Below are positions 42,684-53,978 of a DNA stretch of 64,000 bases, one piece after another. The position numbers and the translations under genes were made by a program. The notes beneath the pieces were generated by a model. That model did not search any database, was not told where the DNA came from, and saw only the letters and a program-made list of their open reading frames with translations. Source of the DNA: a phage; assembly GCA_020857175.1 (NCBI GenBank), contig GCA_020857175.1_3048.1. The stretch is one strand, 5' to 3'. How positions within the stretch are numbered: position 1 is the first letter of the stretch; the number at the start of each line of letters is the position of its first letter.

Positions 42684-44003
42684 TCACACATAAAACACAT
42701 CATAACGACCACGTGTTACACCAACGTAAAGAAGTTGTTGAGCTAATTCAGCATCTGCATAATGAATACAAGGCGTATAAATGAAAGCACGGTCTACAGA
42801 CATACCCTGAGCTTTATGGAATGTTGATGCAGGAAGTGCTTTCACTTTACTGAACTGTGATTTAGCATCCCAAAAATCACTCCATGGAGCTTTTCCGCCT
42901 TTGTTCCAATTTTTATAAGTTTCTGCCGTTTTACCTAAAAATAGGTTAAACTTATATAGCTCTTCATCAGATGAAATTATTTTAATCTTTTCACGATAAT
43001 ATTCATCATCGCCATAAGTTTCTACTGTTAAATCCCAATGACGAATTAAGTATTCTCCAGGAACACCACGAGCTTTAACAAATGATGATGTATACTCTGC
43101 TTCTATAATACGAACTAATTGTCCGTTATTAAAAATAATTTCTGACACAGGCTTTCCATCAATTTTATATGTTTTAATTAATGGTTCCTGCATTACAATA
43201 ATTTCACCGACAATAAAATCTTTATCAGTTTCAAAAATCTTTTTACGAATAATGCTATTTAACTTGTCAACAGATTTATTCGTAAATGCCATTACGCGAT
43301 TTTCAAACAAATCATCTAGTGATTTGACGATTGAAAAATAATTTACCATAAAATCACGTAAAGCTGCATCACCAGTAAATCCACGTACTCCATGCCCGTC
43401 AACAACTTTATCATAAATCCACTTACCGTTGCGAACATCAGTAGCTACATCAATAATAGGAGCATTACTGCGTTTAACTTCAGTAAGTTCACACTGATAA
43501 AAATCTTTGTGTGTAAAGAATGGACTGATATAAGCAGTATTTTCTCCTGGATCAACAGGTCTAATTTGCTTATTATCACCTATTCCAATTATAGTACACC
43601 AAGGTGGAATAGTTGAAAGCAGAATTTTAAATAGCTTTCTATCATACATTGACACTTCGTCGCAGATTAATACCCTGCATTTAGCTAAATCTGGTACTTC
43701 CTTCTGTTCAAAAAGAACGTTTTCTTCATACGTAACTGGGTTAATTTTAAGAATACTGTGAATAGTACTCGCTTCTTTCCCCGACAGTTTTGAAAGAATC
43801 TTTTTAGCTGCATGTGTAGGAGCTGCCAAAATGATACCAGTTTCGCCTGTTGATATTAAAGCTTCAATGATGAACTTAGTAAGAGTAGTCTTACCAGTAC
43901 CAGCAGGTCCATTAATAGTTACATGATGTTTCTTTTCTTTAATAGCCCTCATAACGATGTTAAAGGCATTTTTCTGGCCTTCGGTCAAATCATCAAATGT
44001 CAT
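42684..44003 (-). CDS. dda: Dda SF1B DNA helicase
   Basis: 439 aa, Walker A INGPAGTGKTTL, same length as T4 Dda. Confidence 0.85.
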   Translation of the reverse strand: MTFDDLTEGQKNAFNIVMRAIKEKKHHVTINGPAGTGKTTLTKFIIEALISTGETGIILAAPTHAAKKILSKLSGKEASTIHSILKINPVTYEENVLFEQKEVPDLAKCRVLICDEVSMYDRKLFKILLSTIPPWCTIIGIGDNKQIRPVDPGENTAYISPFFTHKDFYQCELTEVKRSNAPIIDVATDVRNGKWIYDKVVDGHGVRGFTGDAALRDFMVNYFSIVKSLDDLFENRVMAFTNKSVDKLNSIIRKKIFETDKDFIVGEIIVMQEPLIKTYKIDGKPVSEIIFNNGQLVRIIEAEYTSSFVKARGVPGEYLIRHWDLTVETYGDDEYYREKIKIISSDEELYKFNLFLGKTAETYKNWNKGGKAPWSDFWDAKSQFSKVKALPASTFHKAQGMSVDRAFIYTPCIHYADAELAQQLLYVGVTRGRYDVFYV

Positions 44004-44311
44004 CGTAAATTCCCTGCAATTGGTATACTAACAATACGCCCAGTATCTAAAATTCGCTGATATAATCTTTGTGTGTCTACGTCAGGCTTAACATGTTTAA
44101 CTTCTATTTTATTAAACCAAAACTTGCGTGGAGTTTCAACTAATCTTGGAATTCCCTTACCTAAAGCTAATCGATACTGCTCTTTAAGAGTAGTAAATAC
44201 TTTATCAGCAATATTCCATTCAAAAAATACAGCAGGACGATGTTCATCAAGCGGAACTGGCGCCGTAAATCCGTCTTTGTCTCGGTAAACTATCGCATAT
44301 ACATAAACCAT
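44000..44311 (-). CDS. hypothetical protein (dda.1-like)
   Basis: 103-aa ORF overlapping dda start. Confidence 0.45.
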   Translation of the reverse strand: MVYVYAIVYRDKDGFTAPVPLDEHRPAVFFEWNIADKVFTTLKEQYRLALGKGIPRLVETPRKFWFNKIEVKHVKPDVDTQRLYQRILDTGRIVSIPIAGNLR

Positions 44312-44312
44312 A

Positions 44313-45059
44313 TTATCCTCGGATAAGTTTAAAAATTGAACAATTTAGCGGATATCCTCTTTTCAGTTTAAGTTTATCAATAAAAGACAAGTTTTGATAC
44401 CGCTCTACACCTTGAATAATTTTATCACACATATCATATTGCATTTCTGCCTCTGACAACTTTTTCACAATTTTCCAATCCGAGCCTTTAAGAAGAACGT
44501 TCAATTTAACAACTTCAGCGCCTTCTGCTATGTGAGAACCATCAATACGAGCTTTAAGTGCTATAATCCTTAGCTTAATGTCAGAGGTCTGTTTTGATTT
44601 AGAAAGCTGAGAAATGTGTTCAATTCGGTTTTCACGTTTTTTCTGTATAGCTTTAATTTGATTATAAGTCTTTTTGATTTTAGCCCATTTCTTTTCATCT
44701 AAATTTAGTTTATGAACTTTTTTCGCAGATGAACGACCAATTCGCAAAGCAAATAAATCACGCTTTTCAATCAACTCCTCTAAAGTATAATCAGAACGAA
44801 ATGTATTATACTTTTTCTTTACTGCAATAACATTCCCTTTAATGTATCCAACGTTATTATCAAAACGTTCTAATGATAATTTCTCTCCTTCAATACGATT
44901 ATCAAAAGGTTCTCCTGAATAGGCACAAACTTTTTGTTCTAAAATATTCTTAATATAATTGAAGTCTAAGTTAAAATCTTTAGAACGTCTTTTTGCAGAT
45001 GCCTGAGTATGCTCTAGACGACGTTTAATTTTACGAATTTGGTTATTAGACAGCTTCAT
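44313..45059 (-). CDS. srd: Srd-like protein
   Basis: 248-aa basic ORF at the T4 srd position between dda and modA. Confidence 0.5.
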   Translation of the reverse strand: MKLSNNQIRKIKRRLEHTQASAKRRSKDFNLDFNYIKNILEQKVCAYSGEPFDNRIEGEKLSLERFDNNVGYIKGNVIAVKKKYNTFRSDYTLEELIEKRDLFALRIGRSSAKKVHKLNLDEKKWAKIKKTYNQIKAIQKKRENRIEHISQLSKSKQTSDIKLRIIALKARIDGSHIAEGAEVVKLNVLLKGSDWKIVKKLSEAEMQYDMCDKIIQGVERYQNLSFIDKLKLKRGYPLNCSIFKLIRG

Positions 45060-45089
45060 ATTTTTCTCACATCTTACGGACGGTTAACT

Positions 45090-45125
45090 ACTTATACTAT
45101 AACATTTTTACCTTAACTTGTAAAC
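45090..45125 (-). promoter_or_regulatory. early-type promoter upstream of srd
   Basis: minus-strand GTTTAC at 45120-45125. Confidence 0.4.
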
Positions 45126-45182
45126 AACTTTATGTAAAAATGCTTTAAAACTTTCATGGTATAATGAATCTAAGTCCTTCCA

Positions 45183-45785
45183 TTATAGATTAAATCCTTC
45201 AAAATCAAGAGTATAGATAGTGTATGTTGAATACTTTTTGTACTCATATCTATCTGCAATTCTAAATACACTTCCAGCTGGTATCATTACTTCTTGTTCA
45301 TCTGAAACTAATTCCATATTACGATAACGATGGCTATCCGGAAACTTAAAGTTTGGATTGTATTCTTTACAACGTAGAGCTTTTATAGCATACTCCTGGA
45401 AATTGAATACCATAGGAGCTTTGAATTCAAAAATAACTTGTGTGTTATACTCTAAACCGGAAGCAAAATGTAGAGCTATATTTTTATCATATGAAGCTGA
45501 TACGACTTTATCAAATGTAATAATATCAATTCCTTGATTTAATACTTGCTTAGTCTCAGCTGGAACACCTCTCCAAAGAGGTTTATCGTTTGGTTCCAAA
45601 CGAGATTTGATTATTTCATTTAACCAAGTATGGTCATCTGGTTTATTAGTAATACAATGAATTAAAAGTTCAATTTCAGATAAATTAAACCCTTCAGAAA
45701 GTAATTCTTCACGAATAGAAGCACGCACCGATGCATCCATTGATTTTATTTTAAAATCTTTTAGTTGCATTACTGAGTATTTCAT
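45183..45785 (-). CDS. modA: ADP-ribosyltransferase ModA
   Basis: 200 aa, same as T4 ModA, ART-like fold motifs. Confidence 0.8.
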   Translation of the reverse strand: MKYSVMQLKDFKIKSMDASVRASIREELLSEGFNLSEIELLIHCITNKPDDHTWLNEIIKSRLEPNDKPLWRGVPAETKQVLNQGIDIITFDKVVSASYDKNIALHFASGLEYNTQVIFEFKAPMVFNFQEYAIKALRCKEYNPNFKFPDSHRYRNMELVSDEQEVMIPAGSVFRIADRYEYKKYSTYTIYTLDFEGFNL

Positions 45786-46404
45786 TCAACTACCTCAATA
45801 TCATAAACTTTAAATGTTCCAAATGAATCGTGTAATTTTTCTTTTGAAATAGAAGTTATTCTATACTTTCCAATTGGAATCATCCATTCTTGTTCACGCA
45901 CAATCATCATTAAGTTATCAGTACGCTCTGAATCTAGCCCATCAGTATCTTCATACGTGTACTTAAACTCAGTATTAGGAGAAGAAAGTATAATATCGCT
46001 GATATGGTCAGAATAATTAAAAGCTTTATCAGTTTTTAAGCGAAATATTATTTCAGTGAAATACTCAACATAAGAAAAACCACATGCTGTGTGCAAACTA
46101 GTAGTAAATGAATCTACCCTATTCGTTGAAAACACTTCTCCAACTTGTAAATCTTTAATGAGTTCTTTTGTCGATTTTGATATACCACGATATAACTGAT
46201 AAGGTGATTTAGTTAAATGCTTTTTAACGATTTTATTCAACTGCCGATGAAGAGCTTCATTCTTTTTAGCTTCCATACATTGCCAAAGAATTGACTGCTC
46301 AAAGTCAGTAAATTTTTCACAGACTTTTTATACATATCATATTGAAAATCAACGCTTTCAGCTTTTATAGATAACTGTTCAACATCTGCAAGATTAATAA
46401 TCAT
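45782..46404 (-). pseudogene. modB: ADP-ribosyltransferase ModB interrupted by -1 frameshift
   Basis: N-terminal 27 codons MIINLADVEQLSIKAESVDFQYDMYKK then frame change at T5 run (46325-46329); downstream frame continues for 164 codons; 43+164 = 207 codons if restored. Confidence 0.6.
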
Positions 46405-46471
46405 GATAGCCTCCGTATACTTCAGAAGCTATCATATCATCGTTAGAAAGGAAAGTAAACAACTTTTTGAA

Positions 46472-46654
46472 TTATTTTGCCCAGGGAGCCCAAGGCGGAG
46501 GGTCAAGATGGTATGAAGCTAGTTCTTCTAGAAGAGCATCTGGGGCTTCAATTCCATAATTCTGTAATACTATACGGTACTCTTTCTTATAATCACTAGA
46601 ATCATTCTGGTTATTCGTAGAATGATTATCTTCTAACATCTCAAATAAATCCAT
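46472..46654 (-). CDS. hypothetical protein
   Basis: 60-aa ORF. Confidence 0.35.
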   Translation of the reverse strand: MDLFEMLEDNHSTNNQNDSSDYKKEYRIVLQNYGIEAPDALLEELASYHLDPPPWAPWAK

Positions 46655-46662
46655 ATTAATTC

Positions 46663-47067
46663 CTAGCGATAAAAACCAAATTGACGATTAGTTTCAATAA
46701 TCTTTCTTTCTTCTTCGGACATTCTCCAACGTAGTCCAACATCAAAATGAGCCCAGACCATCTTAACAAATGCATTTATATCTTTAATATCTTCAATAAT
46801 GAATGTTTTACTTTTAGAAGGTTGACTCACTAATTTAACTTTATCATCTTCAAACAGGTCAAAAAGACCATATTCATGAGCTCTTTTATAGCCTTTAATA
46901 GTTAAAGCTTCAGAAGAAGAAAACGGTGAATCTGTATTCTGCAAAATATCTTCAGTATGCTTTATAATTAGAATAACATTTTCTGGATATTTTCTTTCTT
47001 TTATATCTTTAATTAAAAAATCCGGATTTTCTGCTAAAGGAATAATTAATGAGCATTTTTTTACCAA
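46663..47067 (-). CDS. hypothetical protein
   Basis: 134-aa ORF. Confidence 0.4.
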   Translation of the reverse strand: MVKKCSLIIPLAENPDFLIKDIKERKYPENVILIIKHTEDILQNTDSPFSSSEALTIKGYKRAHEYGLFDLFEDDKVKLVSQPSKSKTFIIEDIKDINAFVKMVWAHFDVGLRWRMSEEERKIIETNRQFGFYR

Positions 47068-47126
47068 GAGTATTTACTGATTTACCTTCTTTAGACATGA
47101 ATTCTACTGAATAATGTTTTGCTACT

Positions 47127-47291
47127 TCAATCATGTGATTTCCTTTTGCCTACTAATGGACCATCGGGAATTTTGTTTTCCTGGATATATTTCTCATTTT
47201 CTTCCATCATTTTACTGCCAATTTTAAGAAGCAAATCCAGTGCTTCATTTGCTTTTGCTTTAGCCTCTTCTAACGTTATATCTTTGTTCAT
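47127..47291 (-). CDS. hypothetical small protein (54 aa)
   Basis: codon-by-codon translation [35 protein letters not shown]...; ATGA coupling to upstream ORF. Confidence 0.3.
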   Translation of the reverse strand: MNKDITLEEAKAKANEALDLLLKIGSKMMEENEKYIQENKIPDGPLVGKRKSHD

Positions 47292-47491
47292 GATTTATCA
47301 CCATAGATGTCTCTCATCAATTTAAGCGCTGAGCGTTCTAATTTCTTTTCTTTCTCAGCACTAATCATTGATTTCATCCATTCTTCCGATTCGTTCTGCA
47401 TTTCTTTATTTGCTTGTTCAACCCAACCATCATCAATATACATTGAGTTTGGTCTATTGAACCATTCAAGAATCTTCTTGGGAGCTTTCAT
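47288..47491 (-). CDS. hypothetical protein
   Basis: 67-aa ORF. Confidence 0.35.
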   Translation of the reverse strand: MKAPKKILEWFNRPNSMYIDDGWVEQANKEMQNESEEWMKSMISAEKEKKLERSALKLMRDIYGDKS

Positions 47492-47984
47492 TTATTTTAC
47501 CTAAAACAATAGTAGGAGCATCGTCAAATTTATGAATTTTTAGTAAATTTGGATTTAACTTATTCCATAAAGAGGTAATAAAATATGATAGCGCACTTTC
47601 GTCCGTAATTATAAATTTATTTCCTTTATCTATTTTCCAATCATATATTGAATCATATGAATAGAAGGATAACGGTTTATTATTATAATATGCTTCACTA
47701 ACATCAATATAGTTAGATTTAGTAAATGCTTGAATTGCCATAAATGGAGAATTTTGTACAGTTTCAATAATTCCGATCTTTTTAAGTTTTATTTCAACAT
47801 CTTCTGGAATTGGCATTGAAATAAAATCTTCTACTAGATACATGTTATTGTCATATCTTTTATCAATCATTACTGCTACAGTAATTGGAACATCTTTAGC
47901 AAACGACATGCTATTACTGCTAATATACATTTCAAACAAAATCGCTTCCATAATTTTCCTCAATCGCAAGATGTAGATGAACAA
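47466..47984 (-). CDS. hypothetical protein
   Basis: 172-codon ORF. Confidence 0.4.
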   Translation of the reverse strand: MFIYILRLRKIMEAILFEMYISSNSMSFAKDVPITVAVMIDKRYDNNMYLVEDFISMPIPEDVEIKLKKIGIIETVQNSPFMAIQAFTKSNYIDVSEAYYNNKPLSFYSYDSIYDWKIDKGNKFIITDESALSYFITSLWNKLNPNLLKIHKFDDAPTIVLGKINESSQEDS

Positions 47985-48301
47985 CCAGAATCACAAGAAC
48001 TTCCACATGAATCGCCCATCCATACATGAACAGGAACATTAGTATCATATGAATCAGAACTAGACTGTGTATTCTGTGCATTAGATGATGTAGTAGGTAC
48101 TGACCAGCGCCAAGGATTTTTATAATATTCTTGGGCTTCTTCATAAGTCATAGTAACTGCTTCTACTGTTCCATCTCCCATATAAACATACTCAACTACA
48201 GTTAAAGGAAGGTAGTCATTTGAAATAGGAACTACACCTTCTCCAGGAGCTGTAGAGAAAAAATCCGTAAAGAAACTTTTAAACCAATTAAAGATAAACA
48301 T
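47960..48301 (-). CDS. hypothetical protein with Cys/Ser-rich C-terminal tail
   Basis: 113 aa ending ...[18 protein letters not shown]. Confidence 0.35.
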   Translation of the reverse strand: MFIFNWFKSFFTDFFSTAPGEGVVPISNDYLPLTVVEYVYMGDGTVEAVTMTYEEAQEYYKNPWRWSVPTTSSNAQNTQSSSDSYDTNVPVHVWMGDSCGSSCDSGCSSTSCD

Positions 48302-48507
48302 TACAAAAAGCCTCTTTTGAATTCGACTTGCTTTTCACCATAATCATATCGAATCTCTGCATTAAATTCGACAGAACCATCTGCGTACATCATAAATGAA
48401 TGCACAACAACTTCTGTAGACCATGGTTGCAATTCATATTTCTTCATTACATGTCGTGAAATGATAATATCTAAATCTTCATTCGGTTTAATCCAACGAT
48501 TTAACAT
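48301..48507 (-). CDS. hypothetical protein
   Basis: 68-aa ORF. Confidence 0.35.
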   Translation of the reverse strand: MLNRWIKPNEDLDIIISRHVMKKYELQPWSTEVVVHSFMMYADGSVEFNAEIRYDYGEKQVEFKRGFL

Positions 48508-48569
48508 AGTGCTCTCCTCTATAAGATAATTCTATTATACCATACTCATTTTGGAAAGTAAACCATTTA

Positions 48570-48597
48570 AATGAAAAAGGACTCCCGAAGGAGTCCT
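48570..48597 (-). terminator. terminator downstream of soc
   Basis: AGGACTCC-CGAA-GGAGTCCT hairpin followed by T-run on minus strand. Confidence 0.5.
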
Positions 48598-48602
48598 TGA
48601 AT

Positions 48603-48848
48603 TTATTCACCAGTTACTTTCCACAAATCTTCATTTGCAGCAATCCATTCAGTACGTTGATTTTCTTCATATACTGTAGAATATGCTGCTTTTTCTGAAG
48701 GGAATGTCTGATAATGAGCACCAGAAATTTTGTGAACGTCAGAATAAAGAGGGAAAGCTACAGAAATTTCCTTTCCTTCAATTTTCTTATTTCCATCTAA
48801 TTTCTGCTCAAATGTTTTAATATTAACATAACCGCGAGTACTAGCCAT
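48603..48848 (-). CDS. soc: small outer capsid protein Soc
   Basis: 81 aa MASTRGYVNIKTFEQKLDGNKKIEG matches recalled Soc. Confidence 0.8.
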   Translation of the reverse strand: MASTRGYVNIKTFEQKLDGNKKIEGKEISVAFPLYSDVHKISGAHYQTFPSEKAAYSTVYEENQRTEWIAANEDLWKVTGE

Positions 48849-48878
48849 GTAATTCTCCTTTTATTTAAATTACATGAT

Positions 48879-48886
48879 TATTTATA
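48879..48886 (-). promoter_or_regulatory. late promoter TATAAATA for soc
   Basis: exact TATAAATA on minus strand about 30 nt upstream of soc ATG. Confidence 0.55.
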
Positions 48887-49556
48887 CATCTTCTTTTCTG
48901 AATAAGTAAATTAAATTCTTAAGAGCTGAACTTGTTACATCATATTTTCCTTTAAGCGCCTTTACAACCGGGCCTGTTGCTGGTTTACCTAAAGAAACCC
49001 ATAACTCATGTATTTCGCTTTTAAGCGGTTCATGCCAATGCGGCGCTTTTCTTTGCGCCCTTGAAGTTCCTTCTGAAATCTTTTTATTTCCGCCATTCGA
49101 ATAAAACTTTTTCATTACTTCAGATTGCCGAGCTTTTCGTTCTGCTCTATTTTGGGCTATACGTTGTGAATTCTTCATCCGAGTTTTTGTTTCAGGATTG
49201 TTTAATCTAAGTTTATGTTCTAATCGTTGTTGCTCAGTCCATTTTCTTCCTTCTCCACCCTGACCACCAGGAGAAATATTAATGCAAGTATCTGGGTGTT
49301 TACGTTTTAATGCAGATATTAGCTCGCGTTCAACTTCATATGATTTTTCTCTAGAACCATGGCATTTTGACCAACGTATTTTATAATTAAAACCATACTT
49401 ACGATATATGTTCCATAGTATTTTGCCTGACCCCGGATATTTATCATCATATGGATTTACAATAAATGATTCATGTTTCCCAGCGTACCAAAAGACGCCT
49501 TTCGGCGTCCTAACTTTTACGATATATGTTCTATAAAATTTTTGTTTAATACCCAT
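48882..49556 (-). CDS. segF: GIY-YIG homing endonuclease SegF-like
   Basis: about 224 aa from MGIKQKF; GIY-YIG-like N-terminus; position between 56 and soc. Confidence 0.65.
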   Translation of the reverse strand: MGIKQKFYRTYIVKVRTPKGVFWYAGKHESFIVNPYDDKYPGSGKILWNIYRKYGFNYKIRWSKCHGSREKSYEVERELISALKRKHPDTCINISPGGQGGEGRKWTEQQRLEHKLRLNNPETKTRMKNSQRIAQNRAERKARQSEVMKKFYSNGGNKKISEGTSRAQRKAPHWHEPLKSEIHELWVSLGKPATGPVVKALKGKYDVTSSALKNLIYLFRKEDV

Positions 49557-50061
49557 TATCTTGACGTTCAAAATTATGTTTATTTTTCAAATAATAAAGT
49601 TTAAAGATTTCTTCCGCATTCATTCCAAGGCCAGCAAACATATTTAATACGAAATGAAATATATCCACAAGCTCAAATTTAATTTCGAGCTGATCTTCTG
49701 GGGACATTTCATCAATGCGTTTTTCTTGCGCTTCAATATAACGTGCTTTCCATTTTTTCCAAACTGCCGATGCATCTTTTTCACCACGTGACATTTCACC
49801 AAGAGAAGTCAGAAGTTCGCGGAATTCATCATCAATACAGTCTTTTTGTTCACGCATCCAAGAAACAACATCACCGGCAGTTTCTAATTTATCTGGATGA
49901 TAACAGTATTCGCGGTCATTTGCTAAACGAATCTGCAGAGATTTCTGCATGTCAAGCATTACCTGCAGCGGGTCTTTTTCATCACCGAGAATATCCCAGT
50001 ATTCATTTTGAGCTTTATCAGCGCCTTCGATCAGTTGACTACATTCGTTAAAGTAAGCCAT
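49546..50061 (-). CDS. 56: dCTP pyrophosphatase gp56
   Basis: 171 aa from MAYFNEC; MazG-like; same length as T4 gp56. Confidence 0.8.
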   Translation of the reverse strand: MAYFNECSQLIEGADKAQNEYWDILGDEKDPLQVMLDMQKSLQIRLANDREYCYHPDKLETAGDVVSWMREQKDCIDDEFRELLTSLGEMSRGEKDASAVWKKWKARYIEAQEKRIDEMSPEDQLEIKFELVDIFHFVLNMFAGLGMNAEEIFKLYYLKNKHNFERQDNGY

Positions 50062-50121
50062 TATTTTTCCTTTCAATTCATTAATAAGTTAAATAATTAT
50101 ATCATTTGAGTATGTAAGCAA

Positions 50122-51461
<1,340 letters not shown>

Positions 51462-51484
51462 TATATCATCCTCAGCAATTTATT

Positions 51485-51516
51485 TTATAATACCATAACA
51501 AGCTGAGAAAGTAAAC
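51485..51516 (-). promoter_or_regulatory. early-type promoter upstream of 186-aa ORF
   Basis: minus-strand GTTTAC at 51511-51516 with GGTATTATAAA -10. Confidence 0.45.
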
Positions 51517-51560
51517 AAATTTATGAAATTTGTGATAAATATTAATTTAAAGGAGGACAT

Positions 51561-51761
51561 ATGGCACAAAAATTAATGGCACTTGTTAATGCCATAAAAG
51601 GTAATAAAAAACGTATAGCTTTTACTATTTCTGCTATGGTAGGAATTTTACTCTGGAACTTTATTTTATCACCAATTGCAATTGCGCATGGTGTTAATAT
51701 TCCAGTAGTTACTCTTGATACATTCGTAGATCTAGCATTTGCTTTAGTTGGGTTAATTTAA
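51561..51761 (+). CDS. small two-helix membrane protein (66 aa), plus strand
   Basis: strong RBS AAAGGAGGACATATG; two hydrophobic segments; convergent with gene 61. Confidence 0.45.
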   Translation: MAQKLMALVNAIKGNKKRIAFTISAMVGILLWNFILSPIAIAHGVNIPVVTLDTFVDLAFALVGLI

Positions 51762-52786
51762 ATCTTGGCATATTTAGATAACCGCATTTTAGCCATTAAC
51801 CCCTGGGCAATATTATTTTTCATATATTCCATAATTTGTTCAGGGGTTGCACCTTCCTTTCTAATCATATCATTAACATCTTTTGATTTCCAGGGAGATT
51901 TATCCCAAAACATAACCCTTTCTCCTGCATCAACTAATTTAGTCATTCGCTTGATAGTGTCAGGGTGACGAGGCTCATTATCTAAAACCCACACTCGTCT
52001 ATCTTTAAATGGAACAACTTCTAGGTCTAATTGACCACCCGTAATAGCTATACCATTTTCAATAAAAAGTGAATCTATAGGTCCTTCTAGAACATATACA
52101 TCACCATCTTTAACTCGTTCGACTCCATATATTTTTGTTGCCTCAGGATAAGCTTTGATGGTGATATATTTTTGAGGAGCATCTTTCTTTAATGCACGTC
52201 CTTGAAAAGACTCAGCTTTTCCATTAGCATTATAAATTGGAATAACAAGACGAGGCTCAGAAATTTCCTTTTTGTATGTTCCCAGTGCTATGCTATTAAC
52301 TAATTTAGGCCATTCGGTTGTAAACCAAAGATATTTCCATTTATCCTTTGGAATACAACGAGCTTTTACATATTTTATAATTGGATGGTCTTCCGCCAGT
52401 TTATCTAATCTAACACATGACGGAAGAGATTTAATTATTTTCTTCTCAGGATGTTTAGGAAGTTCTTTAGGTTTTTCTACTGGGCGACTTTTACCTTTTT
52501 CTTTTCTTATTTCAAAGATATACTCACGATATAAATCAGGTTCAAACTCCTTTAAATATATTCCGATTGGCGCATGATAGTTACAGTTATAACAATGAAT
52601 ATTTCCTTCATTATTATCACCATAATACCATCCACGCGCTTTATTTTGGTCGGTTTTTGAATCTCCACAAACTGGGCATCTAAACCGTAATTTAAAAGTT
52701 GAACTATTATTTACTTGTGTGAATTTAGGTAAATGAGCTAATGCACGATATGCAAACTCATTATCAATCCAAGCTATTGATGACAT
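51758..52786 (-). CDS. 61: DNA primase gp61
   Basis: 342 aa, Zn-ribbon CPVCGDSKTD... plus toprim; same length as T4 gp61. Confidence 0.85.
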   Translation of the reverse strand: MSSIAWIDNEFAYRALAHLPKFTQVNNSSTFKLRFRCPVCGDSKTDQNKARGWYYGDNNEGNIHCYNCNYHAPIGIYLKEFEPDLYREYIFEIRKEKGKSRPVEKPKELPKHPEKKIIKSLPSCVRLDKLAEDHPIIKYVKARCIPKDKWKYLWFTTEWPKLVNSIALGTYKKEISEPRLVIPIYNANGKAESFQGRALKKDAPQKYITIKAYPEATKIYGVERVKDGDVYVLEGPIDSLFIENGIAITGGQLDLEVVPFKDRRVWVLDNEPRHPDTIKRMTKLVDAGERVMFWDKSPWKSKDVNDMIRKEGATPEQIMEYMKNNIAQGLMAKMRLSKYAKI

Positions 52787-52789
52787 TCT

Positions 52790-52954
52790 TTACTCTTCTT
52801 TTTCTTTAGATTCCTCTTTTTTCTTTTTAGGAATCTGTTCAGGACCTTTATTTACTACAGCACCTGATGTTGTTCCAGTAGAGATATTTTCAGGATTACC
52901 ACCTGAATCTCCAGCAACCATATCTTCTTTAATAAATTCTTTATATGTTTTCAT
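52790..52954 (-). CDS. hypothetical protein (61.1-like, 54 aa)
   Basis: hand translation MKTYKEFIKEDMVAGDSGGNPENIS... Confidence 0.35.
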   Translation of the reverse strand: MKTYKEFIKEDMVAGDSGGNPENISTGTTSGAVVNKGPEQIPKKKKEESKEKEE

Positions 52955-52955
52955 A

Positions 52956-53312
52956 TTAACCTCTATTCATAAAAGCATTAAAAATTTGGTCATCAATAGA
53001 TGGAATAGCAACCTTTTCGGCATCATTTAGCAAATCATTAATTTCATCAGATAGCATAACACATGTGCCTTTATTTCCTGTAATTGTTACTGCACAATTA
53101 CGAACGTTTTCTTTATTAAATTTTAGGTTAATATTTTCGTAATGAAAATCCTTTAATGCTGAATATATTTTTAAAATAAAATTGTCTTTTACTACAATAA
53201 ACCCAACCTCACTATTAAAACGTGGTTCATGGAAACTGTAATAAACCTTTTCATCTATAAAATCGTATGAAATTTTTTCCATTTTTAAATATGAAAATTC
53301 AGAACTATACAT
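52956..53312 (-). CDS. hypothetical protein (61.2-like)
   Basis: 118-aa ORF. Confidence 0.4.
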   Translation of the reverse strand: MYSSEFSYLKMEKISYDFIDEKVYYSFHEPRFNSEVGFIVVKDNFILKIYSALKDFHYENINLKFNKENVRNCAVTITGNKGTCVMLSDEINDLLNDAEKVAIPSIDDQIFNAFMNRG

Positions 53313-53324
53313 ACTAACCTCTAA

Positions 53325-53618
53325 TTACTCACCTACCACTTCAGCGATGATATTTTTATTATTAAAGTTTTTATCGCAATACAGAACATAATTATACTGC
53401 ATTACACCACCAGATTTAAGTTGTTTTTGCACTTCAGCTTTCATTTCAGGACGATCACGTTCAACGATATTCATAATATCCGCTTCAATTTGAATTTCAA
53501 CTTCAGTCTGATCTGCAGTCATAGACCATTCGCACAAATCTTTGTCATAACCCGCCATAGCAGGCTGAGCAGCGCAAGAAGATAAAGCAAAAATTGCAGC
53601 AAAGATAAATTTTTTCAT
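53325..53618 (-). CDS. sp: Spackle-like periplasmic protein
   Basis: 97 aa with N-terminal signal peptide MKKFIFAAIFALSSCAAQPAMA; T4 Sp is 97 aa in the 61.x cluster. Confidence 0.6.
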   Translation of the reverse strand: MKKFIFAAIFALSSCAAQPAMAGYDKDLCEWSMTADQTEVEIQIEADIMNIVERDRPEMKAEVQKQLKSGGVMQYNYVLYCDKNFNNKNIIAEVVGE

Positions 53619-53678
53619 GATAATCTCCTCAGTAGTTTATGTTTATATAGTATCTCAATTTCCAATAAAAGTAAACAG

Positions 53679-53978
53679 TTATTTTAAAACTTCTGCATAA
53701 TCACATGTTACAAACTGTTTCTCTAACTTGGCGATTTTACGAAAGTATCTTTTGCATTGACGAATCTGTCGCTTTGTAGGGCGCACAGCAAACTTAATAA
53801 ATTCCACTCGACCAAATGGAGGGCTTTCTTCTGCCGGAATATCTAATACTAATTCCCACGTATCTGCAATAAGTGCTTTGAATTGAGTATTTTTCCTGAC
53901 ATTATACGGAGTAGGTTTAAATAAAACGATATGCATATTATCCTCGGCAATCCACTTCACATACCTTCTTGTCATCAA
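53679..53978 (-). CDS. hypothetical protein (61.4-like)
   Basis: 99-codon ORF. Confidence 0.4.
   Translation of the reverse strand: MMTRRYVKWIAEDNMHIVLFKPTPYNVRKNTQFKALIADTWELVLDIPAEESPPFGRVEFIKFAVRPTKRQIRQCKRYFRKIAKLEKQFVTCDYAEVLK

Noticed and set aside
45141-45165. Plus-strand MotA-box-like TGCTTTA followed 12 nt later by TATAAT, pointing antisense into modA
   Set aside because: It could be a middle-type promoter for an antisense RNA, but in such AT-rich DNA this pairing can arise by chance and there is no plus-strand ORF; left as unconfirmed.
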